Positions 12,452 to 27,296 of a stretch of 64,000 nt of DNA are shown here, piece by piece. The stretch's first letter is position 1. Each line of letters starts with the position of its first letter. Under the pieces are notes generated by a model. The model saw only the letters and a list, made by a program, of their open reading frames with translations, was not told where the DNA came from and did not search any database. The DNA is from Octopus bimaculoides (Eukaryota). Position numbers and translations under genes: made by a program. The stretch covers positions 16,921,064-16,985,063 of the forward strand of contig NC_068988.1 of the NCBI RefSeq assembly GCF_001194135.2. The letters run 5' to 3'.

Positions 12452-14392
12452 GATGACTTTCAGACATGTATATACTACATCATAAATATCTTTAGAATTA
12501 CCAACAGTTATCATTGAACATAAAATGGAGCAATTCATACCATCTCAAATTACACGAACTTCACACCACATCGAAATATTAATTCTGTAATTTGGGAGAC
12601 AAATGGTTAGCTACTGCCGCCACCTATAACCCACATGATCTTTGTCACCTACTAGTGTATGTGCCATTCTTCCAAACAACTCAGCAATATTCTGAAGTTC
12701 GCCCATTCTCGTGCACTTGAGAGTAGAAAAATTTCACACGCACTCATGAACTCTATGATTCTTAGTTGATCTAAGATATGTTCTGTATACATCCCAATGG
12801 AAGCCAGGCAGAATAAATATAACACATCTTAAACCGAGCCCAAACAGATTCATTCTATTGTAGGTATTATCGGAATTAACTCACAAAGAGTAAAATACAA
12901 GATTGCAGACATAAATTATGATATCTCTATTAGAAACGGTACAGTATTGCTGAGTATGAAGTTGGATGGTGATTAATATAGAGATGTGTTTTATCTACTG
13001 CATTGAATCAATATATTGCACTTATTCGTCGAGTTTCTACCAGCTATATGACTACCTTCACTATAGAGATAACCTCATTTATAAAGCAACGATAAGAAAG
13101 CCAATAGAAATTTATAGCGATGGGTTTATTCAAAACATGCCCTTACATCTACTTCAGACAAACATTTCAATGTAATGCATTTTCTTCTCTACATTAATCG
13201 CTATACATTATGGGATATATAATTATTTGCTCATATGAATTGTGATATCTGCAGCAATGCCGACAGGGAGTGCAGTTTCTAATGAAAGTTATGATCATGT
13301 TTATTCTGACAATTTATCGAACCTAGAATCAAGTGATATATTTACCTTGTCTTGCACAGAGTAACAATATTCAAATGGTCTTTATTTTGCACGACTACCT
13401 CTTCCATTAAGGTTTAAGAAGTATGTATGTTCCTTATCACGAATACAAATATTGCAACTATTCTTGAGCTCGGGTGCATGATAATATGCAAGCATCGGAA
13501 TTCCTATACAATAGAATGTCAAAGGTAACATAAATCATTTACTTTTGATGTATCATAGTTACAGTTCTTCATAATAATAATTGTGGTAGTTTTAGAATTA
13601 GATGAACAACACTCACATTACGTTGACTTACATAAATATATTTCAATTCTCAGGATAACTGAGATTCAATATTATCAATCTTGGATTCTGTTTATAATTC
13701 GTAATTCTCCTTGTCATTTCATTTATATATGAACTTTAATCATTCGGAAATAGGAGGGTTTGTATGATTTTTTGATCGGCTATAAAATTTCTGGAATTGG
13801 TGTCTAATGCACCACAAACATACGATTTATAATTGTGTATCCTTTGGCAGTGTCCTTAGTTGATAGGCTTATATAGAAGCAACAGTTCGTTACAAAGTTA
13901 CTCTTCTACGGTAGCAAAGGGAATTGTGTATAGTAGTTGATATATTTACAGTATTTTGTGATCCTTCTTATTTAGTATCTTATGATATATTGCATCGAAG
14001 TTAAAATTATATTTAATCCTAAAATTATTATACAATGTGAATATTAGAAACACACATCGCTGCTTTTGAGAGGGTGTACAAACCTTCATAAAGATAATAA
14101 TGGTGATAAATGTAAATAATACAATAAATAAAAATGAACGTTATGTTACCTTATAATTAGAACAATCTTTAAATCTGATTGATTAACATTTCCAGGATAT
14201 TATCGCAGTAAAGCAATCAACCTATTTCAACTGCTTCTCTCTTCGGGCTTTTGACGTGAGTGTGCGTACATGCTTGTGTGGTGTACCTGTTTGTGTAGTA
14301 TAAGTGGTTGTGTGTTCGTGGATGGATTTGTGTGTCTGCATGTTTATGCATGTTTGTGCATGTGTGTATTAATGTGTGTATGTATATATGTG

Positions 14393-14429
<37 letters not shown>

Positions 14430-14711
14430 NNNNNNNNNNNNNNNNNNNNNNNNNNNNNNNNNNNNNNNNNNNNNNNNNNNNNNNNNNNNNNNNNNNNNNN
14501 NNNNNNNNNNNNNNNNNNNNNNNNNNNNNNNNNNNNNNNNNNNNNNNNNNNNNNNNNNNNNNNNNNNNNNNNNNNNNNNNNNNNNNNNNNNNNNNNNNNN
14601 NNNNNNNNNNNNNNNNNNNNNNNNNNNNNNNNNNNNNNNNNNNNNNNNNNNNNNNNNNNNNNNNNNNNNNNNNNNNNNNNNNNNNNNNNNNNNNNNNNNN
14701 NNNNNNNNNNN
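14430..14711. other. Assembly gap flanked by (TA)n
   Basis: N run. Confidence 1.
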
Positions 14712-14995
14712 TATATATATATATATATACATGTGTATATATATATACATGTATATATATACATGTATATATGTATATATATATGTATATATATTTTTAA
14801 TCAATTTCTAATCGCTGTTTATTTATTTATTTATATTATTCTATTGCATTTTTAATCGATTTTTATTCTTATGTATAAACATTTTCACCTCCCTTTACTA
14901 ATTTGGTTTTTGTGGTCTATGTTGTACTTCTTATATGTGGTCATTGGTGGGCTACGGCTTTTCGAGTCGATGACCTAACGGTTTTATGCTGCAAT

Positions 14996-15037
<42 letters not shown>

Positions 15038-15944
15038 GCACAGACACACACACACAGATATGACAAATATAGATATTCGTATATGTTCGATTATGGCCAC
15101 GCGCACATATATATATGTACTGGTGTTTGTGTCTTTATTTAGAAGTTTTGGTTTATAAATAATTATGTGGATTTCAGTCTCTCTCCAGAGGTTGCAAAAT
15201 TATGTTTGATTCACTGTGACTAAGAGTAAGCTGTACCAATGATTGATATGGAAATGTTTATGCGTCAACAATAAATCAAAATCATAAGCATAGATATTTT
15301 CGTAGGGTTCTATATTTGCATTTCATAGCGCATCTCAATTTACTAGAGTATATAACTTTAGGAAAATCGGTAGAAGCATTATGCGGTATACAACGTAGAA
15401 TGTATACATTAGATGCATATCATCTTTTTACTTTTAATTAATGTATATATGCTGTTAAAATTTCAGCACGTATAATTTTATCACTAGCATGAAAGACCAA
15501 CACAAACCCATAGCTATGAAATATACAATAACATTTGCGTACATATTTTATTCCCTGAAACATAAATGTTTTCATTTTAGTTAACATTATACACACATGT
15601 AAAATGAGCCCAGAATAAAGAAACTAATGTTGAAGTTAGAATATTTTCACCATAAAGTTATAAGATCAACCGTTACTTGAGACTAAAAGCAAAAGATGAA
15701 GACATGATTAATGAATCGTTTTAGACAAACATCGAAGAAATTTAGGAGCTGATATCAGTTTTAGATATTTAGGCAATATCTAATCGTTAACGGATAGCAT
15801 ACCTGTCTTGTCGGTCTTTTAGATATATATATATTTACGGTATATACGAATACCTATCATCTCAGTGCACTGCGACCGAGACAAGAGACTGAAGATCTAG
15901 AAAATTTGAAATGGTAAATACTATAGCATAATCTGTCTGTCTGT

Positions 15945-15955
15945 CTCTCTGTATG

Positions 15956-16047
<92 letters not shown>

Positions 16048-16050
16048 CCT
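15945..16050. repeat. (ATCT)n tetranucleotide microsatellite
   Basis: Directly visible. Confidence 0.97.
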
Positions 16051-17644
16051 GTCTATCTATTTATCTCTATACATATAACATTTGTCAAGCTTTATCATAG
16101 TTCCGGACGGTAGTATCTTTGAAAATAACATATATAATCTGTCATGGATGTATTTATGAGAAATATCACAAATTGAACAACTAGCAGTCATCGTCGGAAA
16201 TGCAATGTGAACTTCTGCTTTGGTATCGATGACGAGTGTAATATTGGTATCTACCGTTCAACGAATTAATCATTTCATTCATTTGGCTATTCCGTAGGTT
16301 CATTTACATTAACATTATGTCCATATTGGTCCAGCATGAGTATGTACAACAAAGCTATTTCACTGAATTATATGCATACTTGATACAGTTGTAAACACTC
16401 ACTATGTATTCATTTTCTTCAACTTCACAGATAGAAATAAAGTAGATACCCTACAGCTAAAACGAATAATCAGATAGCTTCAAATCACTGCCTAAAAATC
16501 TAGTCATTACCAATTATATCATCTACCCTACAACAATTAGCGCTCTGACTAGTTAAAATAAAGACATTATAAATGCTTCAGTGAAAAACAAACTTTTTTT
16601 ATAGGAATATAGCGGAACAACTGATTAATAATAATAAAATATTTGTCTTAATTACTTTTATCAGTTAAATGAAGTGAAAAGACTTGTTTTATAAATCCAA
16701 TAGTATTATGTAATATTTCGATAAACACTGAACTAATGAGACTTTCTCTATTCTTTCCTAATTTCTATACATCAACTTGTATTTTTGTGCTGCTTTGAGG
16801 CAAATACATTCACACATTTGCGCTCTTAACTTTCAATGAGAGGAGATCTTGTCCAAAACTACTTGTGTGGTATCTCTGATAGACCTCAAGGCATTGTCAT
16901 TGTTATGTACCATTCAGTACAATAACTTGACAAGTATCAGGAGCGATGATACATTATTTACAGCACAGCGAATTTGAGAAATCTTAAATGTTTTCAATAT
17001 CAAAATGCTGTGACCAAAGTCTTCAGTCAAAAGCACTTATAACTTTATGACATGTAGGGGTATCAAATCAGGATTCAATGGAAGATACTACTAACTGTTC
17101 TTCTAAGTATCTTTGAATAGCTCTCTGCGATAGAGGCAAAACGTGCAACTGTGTTGATTGCTATTTCATGTGGATTTGTTACTGTTTTCCTCAGCGTGTC
17201 TACTCATGCATGAATTTTTTTCAACAGCAAGTTACAATAACGTTCATTCCATATATAAATATGCCTATGTAATTATGTAAATGTAAGTTTCTCCAGATTC
17301 TCATTTGCTGCATATGTTGTTCTTGAAATTGGTGTCAGCTATTCTCAAATATTCCGTTGCCCTAATCATAGCATAATGCAATACAATTTCACTTGCTTAA
17401 CCATGCTCAACTGCTTATTGATTTTACGTTTTCTTATATTATTATTTATTTTGCCCTCCAATTGCTATAAGTTTATTAGTATGTTCTGATATTGGTATAT
17501 GTCTTTCGGTGTTAACAACTATGTAGATAGTGTGGTTCTTGTTAATTGTCGAATCAAGGTAGTGAAAAGAAAATAATAGTGCAAAAGCCTCCGGGCCTAC
17601 CTGAAATATCACACATGTATTTTCAGTCTTCCCCTGCATGGAAG

Positions 17645-17649
<5 letters not shown>

Positions 17650-17740
<91 letters not shown>

Positions 17741-17750
17741 GAAAGAGAGA
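17650..17750. repeat. (GA)n microsatellite
   Basis: Directly visible; source of the ERERER/SLSLSL pseudo-ORFs. Confidence 0.97.
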
Positions 17751-19924
17751 GGAAAAGAATGGGTGTATTTGTTTTTTAGAAATAGAGAAAGACAATAAGA
17801 CAGAAGAGGAAGGAAATAGTAAAGTTGAACGAGATTTGTTTTAAAGACTTCATCGTAATTCTGTTGAATTTTGGAAACCGCTACTTCCACTTCATTTAAC
17901 TAATAGAAATAATTAGACAAACATAATAATATTAGTGAGTTATTCAGTGGTCATTATCTTTTTTAGCAAATTTGCATTTCATTGGAGCATTTATAATGGA
18001 TAGCATTTGACTAGCCACTCACAGCGTTAAATGTTGTAGAGTAGAAGATATAATTGTTTATGAGTTAGTGATTTGCATTATCTTAAAGGTATCTATTTTT
18101 ACCATCGTGAACGGAAGAGAAAATATTACAATCTGAGCAAAAAATCAAAAGTACAGAATTCAGAATCTATACAGATACTACAAATGCTTTTAGAGTATGC
18201 ACAATAAAATACGCATTAGAACGTTTAATTTTGATGCTGAAACGTGCATTCTCTTTTCGATATTATTTAAGCTGAATAAGTCGGGGATTTCTGTTATTGG
18301 CATCTATACCGGGTAACAAAGTGTAGCGTATATTACTGGATGGGGTATAGTACTATTAATTTCTATTAAAAATACCGTGCAAGATATTTGATATAATGCA
18401 GGTTATTTCTAATAATTTGTCATATTGCTAAAAGCACAAGTCGTGAGAGTTGCGATTACTGATATCATTGTTTTGTTGGTAAATTAAAAATGAAGATACA
18501 TTAAGTAACAAATTCAACAACGGCAGTGGATAGGTACAGGCACTCGCCTCATATTTATGCGGATCTGAATTTGATCAATCTTTGTTGCAGTTTTAGATGG
18601 GTGACTAACTATTTCCATGGGATCGTGCAACCGAGTGCTAATATATTTTATGTACGGCGATATAAAATGAAACACCTGTTCACTTACATTTAACGACAGA
18701 AAAAAATTTGAAACAGTATAATGAAACTGTAAATGTGAATATTTAATCTTAATATAAATACGAATAATAGATATAAAATGTTTGTTTCTAATTTAGGAAC
18801 AAAGCCATACATTTCTTTAAGTGTGCGAGCTACATGTGACCTTGGCGGAACTTAAGTTTTTACTGGAAACGTTTAGAGTAAATATGTTAACGCCTTTCTC
18901 GAATCTCTAACGATTCTTTCATTCTGCAATATTTCGAAGATTGCAATAATATTGACGTGGAATTCATTACAACTAACACAACTTGTTTCTTTTTTTAGTA
19001 GGGTAGGGCATATTTATATATAAATTGATACTATTAAACTGCTATAATATAGTTTATCTGGCACTCGAGAGAATAGTAACAGTTGACACTGAATATGATC
19101 GAAACGGAAATATTACACAACTTGCAGTTCGGATTGAAATCTATGAGTCAGTGATTATAATCATAAAAATAATTATATTCATAATATTGCGAATAGAAGC
19201 GTGACTACAAACCCTGAATGAAACAACGACCTTTAAGATACAGGAAGAGGCAATAATCAGAATGCGCATTGGGAGAAATATTTACAGATCTTTAAAAATT
19301 GATGATAAATTTTTGATGAGTCTAATTTACTAAAATATTCCATGACAATATCTTTTATATATTTTTTCTATTCCATTCGTCTAAAATATAATTTTATTGT
19401 ATTAAAGAATTATTCTAGTGCGATATCTACTAAAAGAATAAACTACAGTTTCTTTTTTTTTCTGTTTTGGAAATTATTAATCGAATAATATTTTCAAAAT
19501 GCAATATGAATACAACCACTGAAGGACATTCGAATCAGATTTAGAGATATATGCGACATTGCTAAATAAATTATACAGTCCGTTAGAGAAGTTGGGTTAA
19601 AATGCTATAGATTATGATTCATAATTTAACAATACAGTATTTCGATTTTAAAAGGCGCGTGCTGATTTGTCTCACTCCCTAACGTTTTCCGATATATTTA
19701 ACGTACATTCGACTGACAAGATTATGATGCAAGATTATTAGCAGCAGTATGCAGATTTGCAAAGAAAATTAAATGCACATATTGCAATTTAGTAACAAAT
19801 ATCTTCAAACGTGAATTAAAGATTCAACGCCGTGTATTTGCCTTATATCTAAGAACGAAACCCATATTCTTCTCTGAATGACAATATGTATTATATCTGG
19901 AAGACATTTCTTCTTTAGATCTTA

Positions 19925-20664
19925 TTTTTAGAAAAGTATATTAATAATGTACTATAATGACTAAAAATAACTAAATGGCAACACCACGTCTACACGCAAG
20001 CATGCACAACATTATTCTTTTAGCGACTTCTGACATTCGATTGCAACGATGCTGAAACCATGTTGAGACAAAGATTTAGAAGAAAATGTTAAAGCCAGTA
20101 CGTTGGCTTCAACATATTTTGTCAAGTATTTCAGGATGAAATAAAATTAGAAAGTGTGTCGCGACAAGAGGCAAAACTGGGACAGAAGAAAATAATACCA
20201 AATGTGTTTTTGACTTAGTTGCCTGATACTTGTCAATACACACAGTTGACGATAATTAAAATCCAGGTACTATTTTCATAATTTCATTCGATGTCGCATC
20301 TACTAGAATCTAATTTACATTTATTTATATTTTATTGCTGACCTGTATTGATTTTTTTATAAAACTGGACGTGGGTAAACCTTGACGTTATGTTAAAATT
20401 TAGAATTACTGCTGAGGAAATTATTACAGTATAAATGCAATTTATACTGTAATTACGTACTGGCTTTAACATTTCCTTATAAATCTTTGTCTCAACATGG
20501 TCTCAGCATCATTGTAATCGAATGTCAGAGATCACTAAAAGAATAATGTTGTGCATGCTTGTGTGTAGACGCGGTGTAGCCATTTAGTTCTTGTTAGTCA
20601 CTACTGTACATTATTAATATATTTTACTAAAATTTGCTGTTTATAATGTAATAATTTTCTCAGT
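19925..20664. repeat. Long inverted repeat (about 180-bp arms) with nested inverted elements
   Basis: 19925-20103 is the reverse complement of 20455-20632 with scattered mismatches. Examples: CAAGCATGCACAACATTATTCTTTTAG / CTAAAAGAATAATGTTGTGCATGCTTG and AAATGTTAAAGCCAGTACGT / ACGTACTGGCTTTAACATTT. The spacer is about 350 bp. Confidence 0.92.
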
Positions 20665-22302
20665 AAATTTTCTGTTTAGTGAACCAACTTTATTGAATAG
20701 GTGGAACGTAACAGTAGAGCCCATTAGTTATAATGTTATCTCTGCATCACATGCCTATCACAGGTATGGCTAAAACATAAACAACTATTTTTAAATGATA
20801 TATATTTATTTCTGTATTTTAAAGCATTCACTTACAAATATTTCAAACGTACATACTTCGTCTGTGTGTATATGTAATACCTGTAGCTGCATTGGCTGTG
20901 TGTCTGTTTATAAACGTGTATGAATATAGATAAACATTTATATTTTCATGTAAGGAGCTATCTCATGCACAATATGTGTTTGATATTAACGATACGCCAA
21001 AGCTATTTATTGCCAAGATATATTTAAATTAGTCAAAATGCAATACCAAGCGAGTGCCGTTAGCAATATTCATACCTCTTGTGAATTAATCTCTCAACCA
21101 CACAAAACATGCTGAAAGGATAAATACATTAGCTAAAATGTAACTTATTTACAATGTAACTTATCTCCTTAAAATATACATCTTTGTTGCCTCGAGACAT
21201 AATGTTTCAATGAAATAATACCAAATAAAAAATAAAGCTATGCACAGCCTATTAGTAAAATGTTAAACTGTTTAAATTTGTACGTTAAAAAATTCACGTT
21301 ACTGAAGTTTAAATATTATTAGGTTAGTAGTGATAAATTACTTTTTATTATCAAGGTTCGGATGCGTTATGTCTTTATTCATATAAATGTATCATACTTT
21401 CAATGCCAATAAATATTTCTGCTTCAATCGACATCAAATCTTTAGAAGAATTTTACATTAAATAGCTGCTTTGAACGAAATAATTGACAACGTTATGAAG
21501 AAAACGTATTACTTTCCCTTTTGTTAATGTTAATTTTAATATTATTCTCTTGGCACGATATAAGTTCTACTGTTACTCTTTTATGAAGCTGAATACATAA
21601 TCGAAATTTCTAACATAATGAAAAATGTTCAGATGTTAAGCATTCAGCAACACAGAGTATGCAGCTTAATCGAGGATGTAGTCGTAATCTTTATCTTAAT
21701 AAATAAAGTTTATGAACATATACGTGAGCATGAGAATAGTAATAAAAACATTTATAAAACGTGAAATATCTACAGCTCCAGCTGATGTTCATTTATCACT
21801 TTAAAATATACTAAAGTATATTCAAGTATTCGACAAATGGAATTGCGGATATAGTTTCGGTAAAGTTTCCCTAACTACAGTCTGAACTGCATTTGACATA
21901 ATGAAAAACACTCTCCTTAAAAGGTGAATGTAGTGTCGTTAGAGATTTGCACTGAATACCTTCTGATTGATAACTGGTTCAACAGCCTGCGATCAAAGGA
22001 TGACGAGGTTATTTGCCAGTTATACTCCTACTGCACGCACAAATTAGGTTGTGGAGATAAGCTACGGGAATCAGTGGTACTACCTACATTTCTGTCAATC
22101 ACTCACTAATTATCATCCCTAGCTTTCTTAATTTTCGCCTGATGTGCATGAGACTGCTCAGAGTACAATCGAAAACAAACTTGATATTTATAAAAATACT
22201 AAGGCTATGTTTCCCTCAACACCAATTACCCGTACACATGTAGAACATTATTATGAAAAGTAAATCAACTAATTGGTGATTTGTGTATATTTATTATACA
22301 AG

Positions 22303-22347
<45 letters not shown>

Positions 22348-25129
22348 AGCACATACACATAAATGTGACTGCGTATGAATGTAAGTATATGTAATTAGGT
22401 GTGTATATGCAAATGGATTTAGACGATAGTTTATAAATGAGAATTGCGACTCTATTACGTTGCAACGAAAAATTGTGAAATATTGGTTTTGAAAATGCGG
22501 TGGCTGGAAATCAAATGTGTGTTTATAGATATCGATCAGGATATTATGAGGCTGAATGGAAATTCAAATGAACTGAAACAAAGCTATTCATTTTCATCAA
22601 TAATATTTACATTTATCTATTAAATAATTACTGTTTGTTTTATATTATTTAATATATTCCTCTTATTTACAAGCTTTACGCTTTGTTTCTGAATAATAAT
22701 TTGTATAAAGTTAAAAAAAAAAATGATATGAAATACATTAAAATTATAAATTTTAAAAACCTAGATCAATAAATTATTGATGTTATTATATTGTTACTTT
22801 GACAGCCTTGCAGCTGATATTCAACTTGAAGTATTTATTCTCGAGTCAGTCATTGCTTTCGATACCATCTCTGTACACAACTCTGTTGACGTAATATATT
22901 TTTCACTGTAACAACAAAATACGTTGTTGGGCATTTTATCTGTATTACTGTCATTTAAAGTGAACTACGGTAGTATGAACATTGGAAAATATAATAATGA
23001 CATTACTGTACCGCTAAAAGCCTATGGGGTACGGGGTCTTGTGACGTATTTTTTCTTAGTGTGAGAGGAACGTCGACGTGAAGTAGTGCAAATAGAATAT
23101 TATATCAGATTCTAAGATAAAAAGAACAAGTGCTATCTCTGCTTGACAGAATTAGAAGGCCATGAGCCGGTTTAAGGCTTATATACACATAACTGATCGG
23201 ATATCATACACATTTGGTTCAAAATGTTTGAAAATGAGAGCACTTCCCGTCAGAATGATCAGAAATAACTAAGGAAGAACGTAACGAAAGCCTGCACCTC
23301 ATAAACCGTTTCACCTTGATACACATATATAAAATCAATTATAATCATTAACTGTAAACATTCCTATCTCTATCGGAAACATCCAAATATAATATGACTT
23401 TGAGAGTAGGAAGGAACATATACATGATATGTTGGGTTTCGATTTGCATAGATGCTTTGTCTTGTTTATTTTTTCGCCACTTAAAAATACATATTAAGTA
23501 TATTTTCAATCTCTTCAAAGATGATTTTGTAAATATTACTATAGCATGAAACAACAATTGCATTATATCTGTTAAAAACTTTGTTTCTTTTAATTCATTT
23601 CTATATATTTATACACTCAATGAAATAATCTTTTATCGCGGCCAATTTTCTGTTAAGTGTTCTGATCCTTCATTTATCCATCAGCTCTTACATAATTAGA
23701 TTTAAACATATGTATAGAGAATATGATGTTTAAGTCAGGTGAACATCATAATAATATTCGTCGTCATTGTCATTGTTCATCTTCACCATAATCACTATAA
23801 CGTCGTCTTCATCATCATCATCATCATCGTGGCAATATTGAGTCGTATCAGGTTAAACTTTAGAATGCACATGTTATCTTACAGGAGTCAGCGGATTATG
23901 ATTAAATACTTGTGCTTTCTTGTGTTCTTTTTTCATTTCCCAAGTAAAACCATTTGCCTTATTATAAAATTAGGTAGATTAACGGTTTCGATCTTTTCTT
24001 CCTTACGGTATAAGAACACCAGAACTATATCCAAAAGAAATTGTAAATTTCAGAGTGCAGATTAGGTTCAACCCCAAAATATTATGGCGTCTAGACACAG
24101 CACACATGAATTTATGTTTCGTTTTAAAATTATTTTATTTCAAACATTACATATGTGCTAAAGTCAACACAAATGAGCATTTTCTCTTGCTTATAGAACT
24201 GAAGGTGTGAAAAAAAAACTTGATTTTATCCATTAAGTAACGTCTACCATACAAATATAGATTCACTGCTGAAAGCTTTCAGTAGTTAGAAAAATAGTTA
24301 TGCTTAATTTGTTTTCTTTCATTTTAACTTTTAATCGATATTGGTAGTGTTAAAATTGATTTAAAACAACATCACTAGAGATTGTGTTTTTTTAAAGCAG
24401 ATTACAAAATAGCAGATGAAAAATCAATTCCTCTAAGAAACACAATTGAAAACAACGTAACATGATTATATAACCTGGATCTTATCTCCTTTATTATTAG
24501 AACTATCAATGTTAATAATATCAATAAGAAATATTGTATTTTTAGTTGGAGTAGGCGTTGTTATTTAACTTGTTATAGGGGGTCGAAGTTTGTTTATCAC
24601 CAGAGTTACATATATATTCTATAGTACTTTAAGTTACACCCAGTATCTGGGTTCAATTCGCACGGAATCAAAATTGCTTCTTGTCATTTGTTAGCCGGTT
24701 CATGATATGTAGAGTGACTGATATATAAATTAAATCTGCACTGTCTACACACATAGCTTTGTTGCAGTGTATGCAAAGAACGACTGTACTCATTATAACA
24801 ACGTTATACATTTCGGGGAGGGGAAACAGTACTGTCTGATACTTAATTATCGAACAGAGAAGGATGAAATTAAAATTAAGTCTTCCAGGATTCAATCTAT
24901 GAATGAAATGTTTCCGAATCTTATAATTAAATTCAGTGCATGAAATGTACTGCCGTATATACAATGCTGATGACAGTTGGCATAATAGTTATATTGAGGA
25001 TGCAATTCTTTGCCGAATTCCATTCCCTCAGCTTACTTGACAGATGATATTAGTAGAGACCTTATGTTACATGAGCATAACTTAGAGGAAAACAATCCTG
25101 TTTTATATTATTGTTACCTCAGTTTGCAC

Positions 25130-25310
25130 GCCTGGCAAAAAAACCTAACGGCATTCTGTCCGGCTGCACTTACAGTGTTCAAATTCCGGGGTCATCCTGA
25201 GTTTATCCTTTCGTGGTCGATAAAGTAATTACTGTTCAGGACTGGAGTCAATGTAACTGACTTAATCCCTTCACGATACTGCATAATTTCTGTCAAAGTT
25301 TGAAATCAAA
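25130..25310 (+). mobile_element. SINE family B copy (decayed)
   Basis: TTCAAATTCC...TTTATCCTTTCGTGGTCGATAAAGTA...CTGGAGTCAATGTAACTGACTTAATCCC. This central motif recurs at 25.4, 30.9, 38.6, 48.1 and 51.4 kb. Confidence 0.7.
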
Positions 25311-25329
25311 TCATGTATACCACTTTCAA

Positions 25330-25545
25330 CGACAGCGAGATTGCAGAACCGTTACTTCGCTGGACAAAATGCTTAGCGGCATTTCTTCCGACTTCACGTT
25401 CTCATTTCAAATACCGCCAAGGTAGACTTTGCCTTTCATCGTTTCGGAGCCGATAAAAGTACTACCATTTGAGTACTGGGCTACATGTATTCGGCTAGCT
25501 CTGTTTTTGAAATTGCTGGCATTGTGCTAAAATTTGAAACCAATT
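25330..25545 (+). mobile_element. SINE family B copy
   Basis: GCGAGATTGCAGAACCGTTA...AAATGCTTAGCGGCATTTC...AGACTTTGCCTTTCATCGTTTCGGAGCCGATAAAAGTAC...TTGTGCTAAAATTTGAAACCA. Confidence 0.75.
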
Positions 25546-25689
25546 TTACCACTACCTTCTTGAAGGGGCAAATTGCATCACACAATTGTAATTTTTGTGC
25601 CTTCCATAAATAATTATTTTTGTTACTGGCGACAAAACTTGAATATAAAACGTACTTCGGTTTCTTCGTACGTTAGCTCAGAGAAGAGA

Positions 25690-26077
25690 TTTTACTTGTC
25701 ACAGTCATTAGATTGCAGCCACGCAGGGGTACTTCTTTGAGATTTCTGTCGAATGAATCGACCTAGTAGTTATAGTCTTGGATTTATTTGACCGAACCGC
25801 AATGTTACTGCGATGCAACCACATCAACACTGGTCAGCTAGCGGTGGTGGTGGTGGATAAACACGAAAAGAAAGACACGTACACATAGAAGCACACACGT
25901 ACGCGCACCCACACATATATTCGACGAGCTTCTTTTCTTTCCGTTAACCAAATCTACCGACAAGGTTAGTCGACCCGAGTCCATAATAGAAAATACTTGC
26001 CCAAGGTGTCATGCAACGGGACAAACGAAACCATGAGCTTGAGCAAGTTTTTAGTCACACAACCAAGCCTGGGCCTG
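25690..26077 (-). mobile_element. SINE family A, near full length
   Basis: The reverse complement (CAGGC...ACCTTGGGCAAGTATTTCTATT...GATTTGGTTAACGGAAA...AAGAAG...GTGTG tract...AAGTAAAA) aligns by eye with 46534-46912. Confidence 0.75.
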
Positions 26078-26250
26078 TAAAATAGGAATGTATCTATTAT
26101 ATTAGTCCTTTTCGCCGATCTTTTAAAGGGGATGTAAAGAAGATAACACCGTTGTCAAATCGTCTTAGTGAAAACAGAGAAACAAAGACACACACTTCGT
26201 GCACACACACACATACACACTCACACACGTATCTATGCTTCTCTCCTCAT

Positions 26251-26350
26251 CTCTCTCTTCCTCACTCCCTCTTTCTCTTCCTCACTCCCTCTCTCTCTTC
26301 CTCACTCCCACTCTCTCTTCCTCACTCCCTCTCTCTCTTCCTCACTCCCT
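26251..26350. repeat. Minisatellite, five 20-bp units (CTCTCTCTTCCTCACTCCCT)
   Basis: Units start at 26251, 26271, 26291, 26311 and 26331, with single substitutions in units 2 and 3. Confidence 0.95.
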
Positions 26351-26662
26351 CTCTCCTCTGATATAAGTTTACTGAATATAAAAGCATGTTATTTTGATGA
26401 TTAATATTGTAGAGAACGAAACTGTCATACTGTCAATTTCAATTAACCTATATGTTTTGTAGTAAAGTGAAAAACCGTCCTAATCAGGTGGCACAGGATA
26501 TGCGATTAGATAAGTTAATGCATATAAATTCATAATTAAAAATGCGTAGATTTAGCGCAGCCGTGGTCTGAATGCGTCCGTTTATGAGTGTATATGACAT
26601 TGATTATGAATAAATATTTGAAGACATAGTTTATAGAAAGAACATTTATTGCAGCTCAAACG

Positions 26663-26693
<31 letters not shown>

Positions 26694-26943
26694 ACACACA
26701 CGCACACATATATATATATATATGTTTATATATGTTTATATGCACCGATCGGCTGAATGAACAATATGTCCTTATAGCATGTACTTAATAGGCGAATTCG
26801 CTGAATATTTAATTAAAATTGAGACAAATACACACAAGCTGCGTTTAATTGCTGCGAACTCCTACGTAAATTTATGAACAATGATGTATATACATATATC
26901 TAGATGTTTATACCCTTCTCTCTCTATATATATATATGTATAT

Positions 26944-27212
26944 NNNNNNNNNNNNNNNNNNNNNNNNNNNNNNNNNNNNNNNNNNNNNNNNNNNNNNNNN
27001 NNNNNNNNNNNNNNNNNNNNNNNNNNNNNNNNNNNNNNNNNNNNNNNNNNNNNNNNNNNNNNNNNNNNNNNNNNNNNNNNNNNNNNNNNNNNNNNNNNNN
27101 NNNNNNNNNNNNNNNNNNNNNNNNNNNNNNNNNNNNNNNNNNNNNNNNNNNNNNNNNNNNNNNNNNNNNNNNNNNNNNNNNNNNNNNNNNNNNNNNNNNN
27201 NNNNNNNNNNNN
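26944..27212. other. Assembly gap flanked by (TA)n
   Basis: N run. Confidence 1.
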
Positions 27213-27296
27213 TATATATATATATATATATATATGCGCGTTCGGTGCGACCGGTTTCCTTATACGGTGCCAGGTTTTACAATCCTGTAAATAATA

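Noticed and set aside
13844-13868. TGGCAGTGTCCTTAGTTGAT resembles miR-34 (seed GGCAGUG)
   Set aside because: No complementary star arm or hairpin is visible nearby and the 3' half diverges; probably chance.
13250-13980. Possible very old LINE RT on the minus strand (TQFPLLP*KS..TN; KDTAKG)
   Set aside because: The motif similarity is too weak and fragmentary to support by eye; it needs a profile search.
23040-23350. Possible CR1 3' relic (RMIRN...LIHIYKI)
   Set aside because: Only two short motif echoes, which is insufficient without a profile search.
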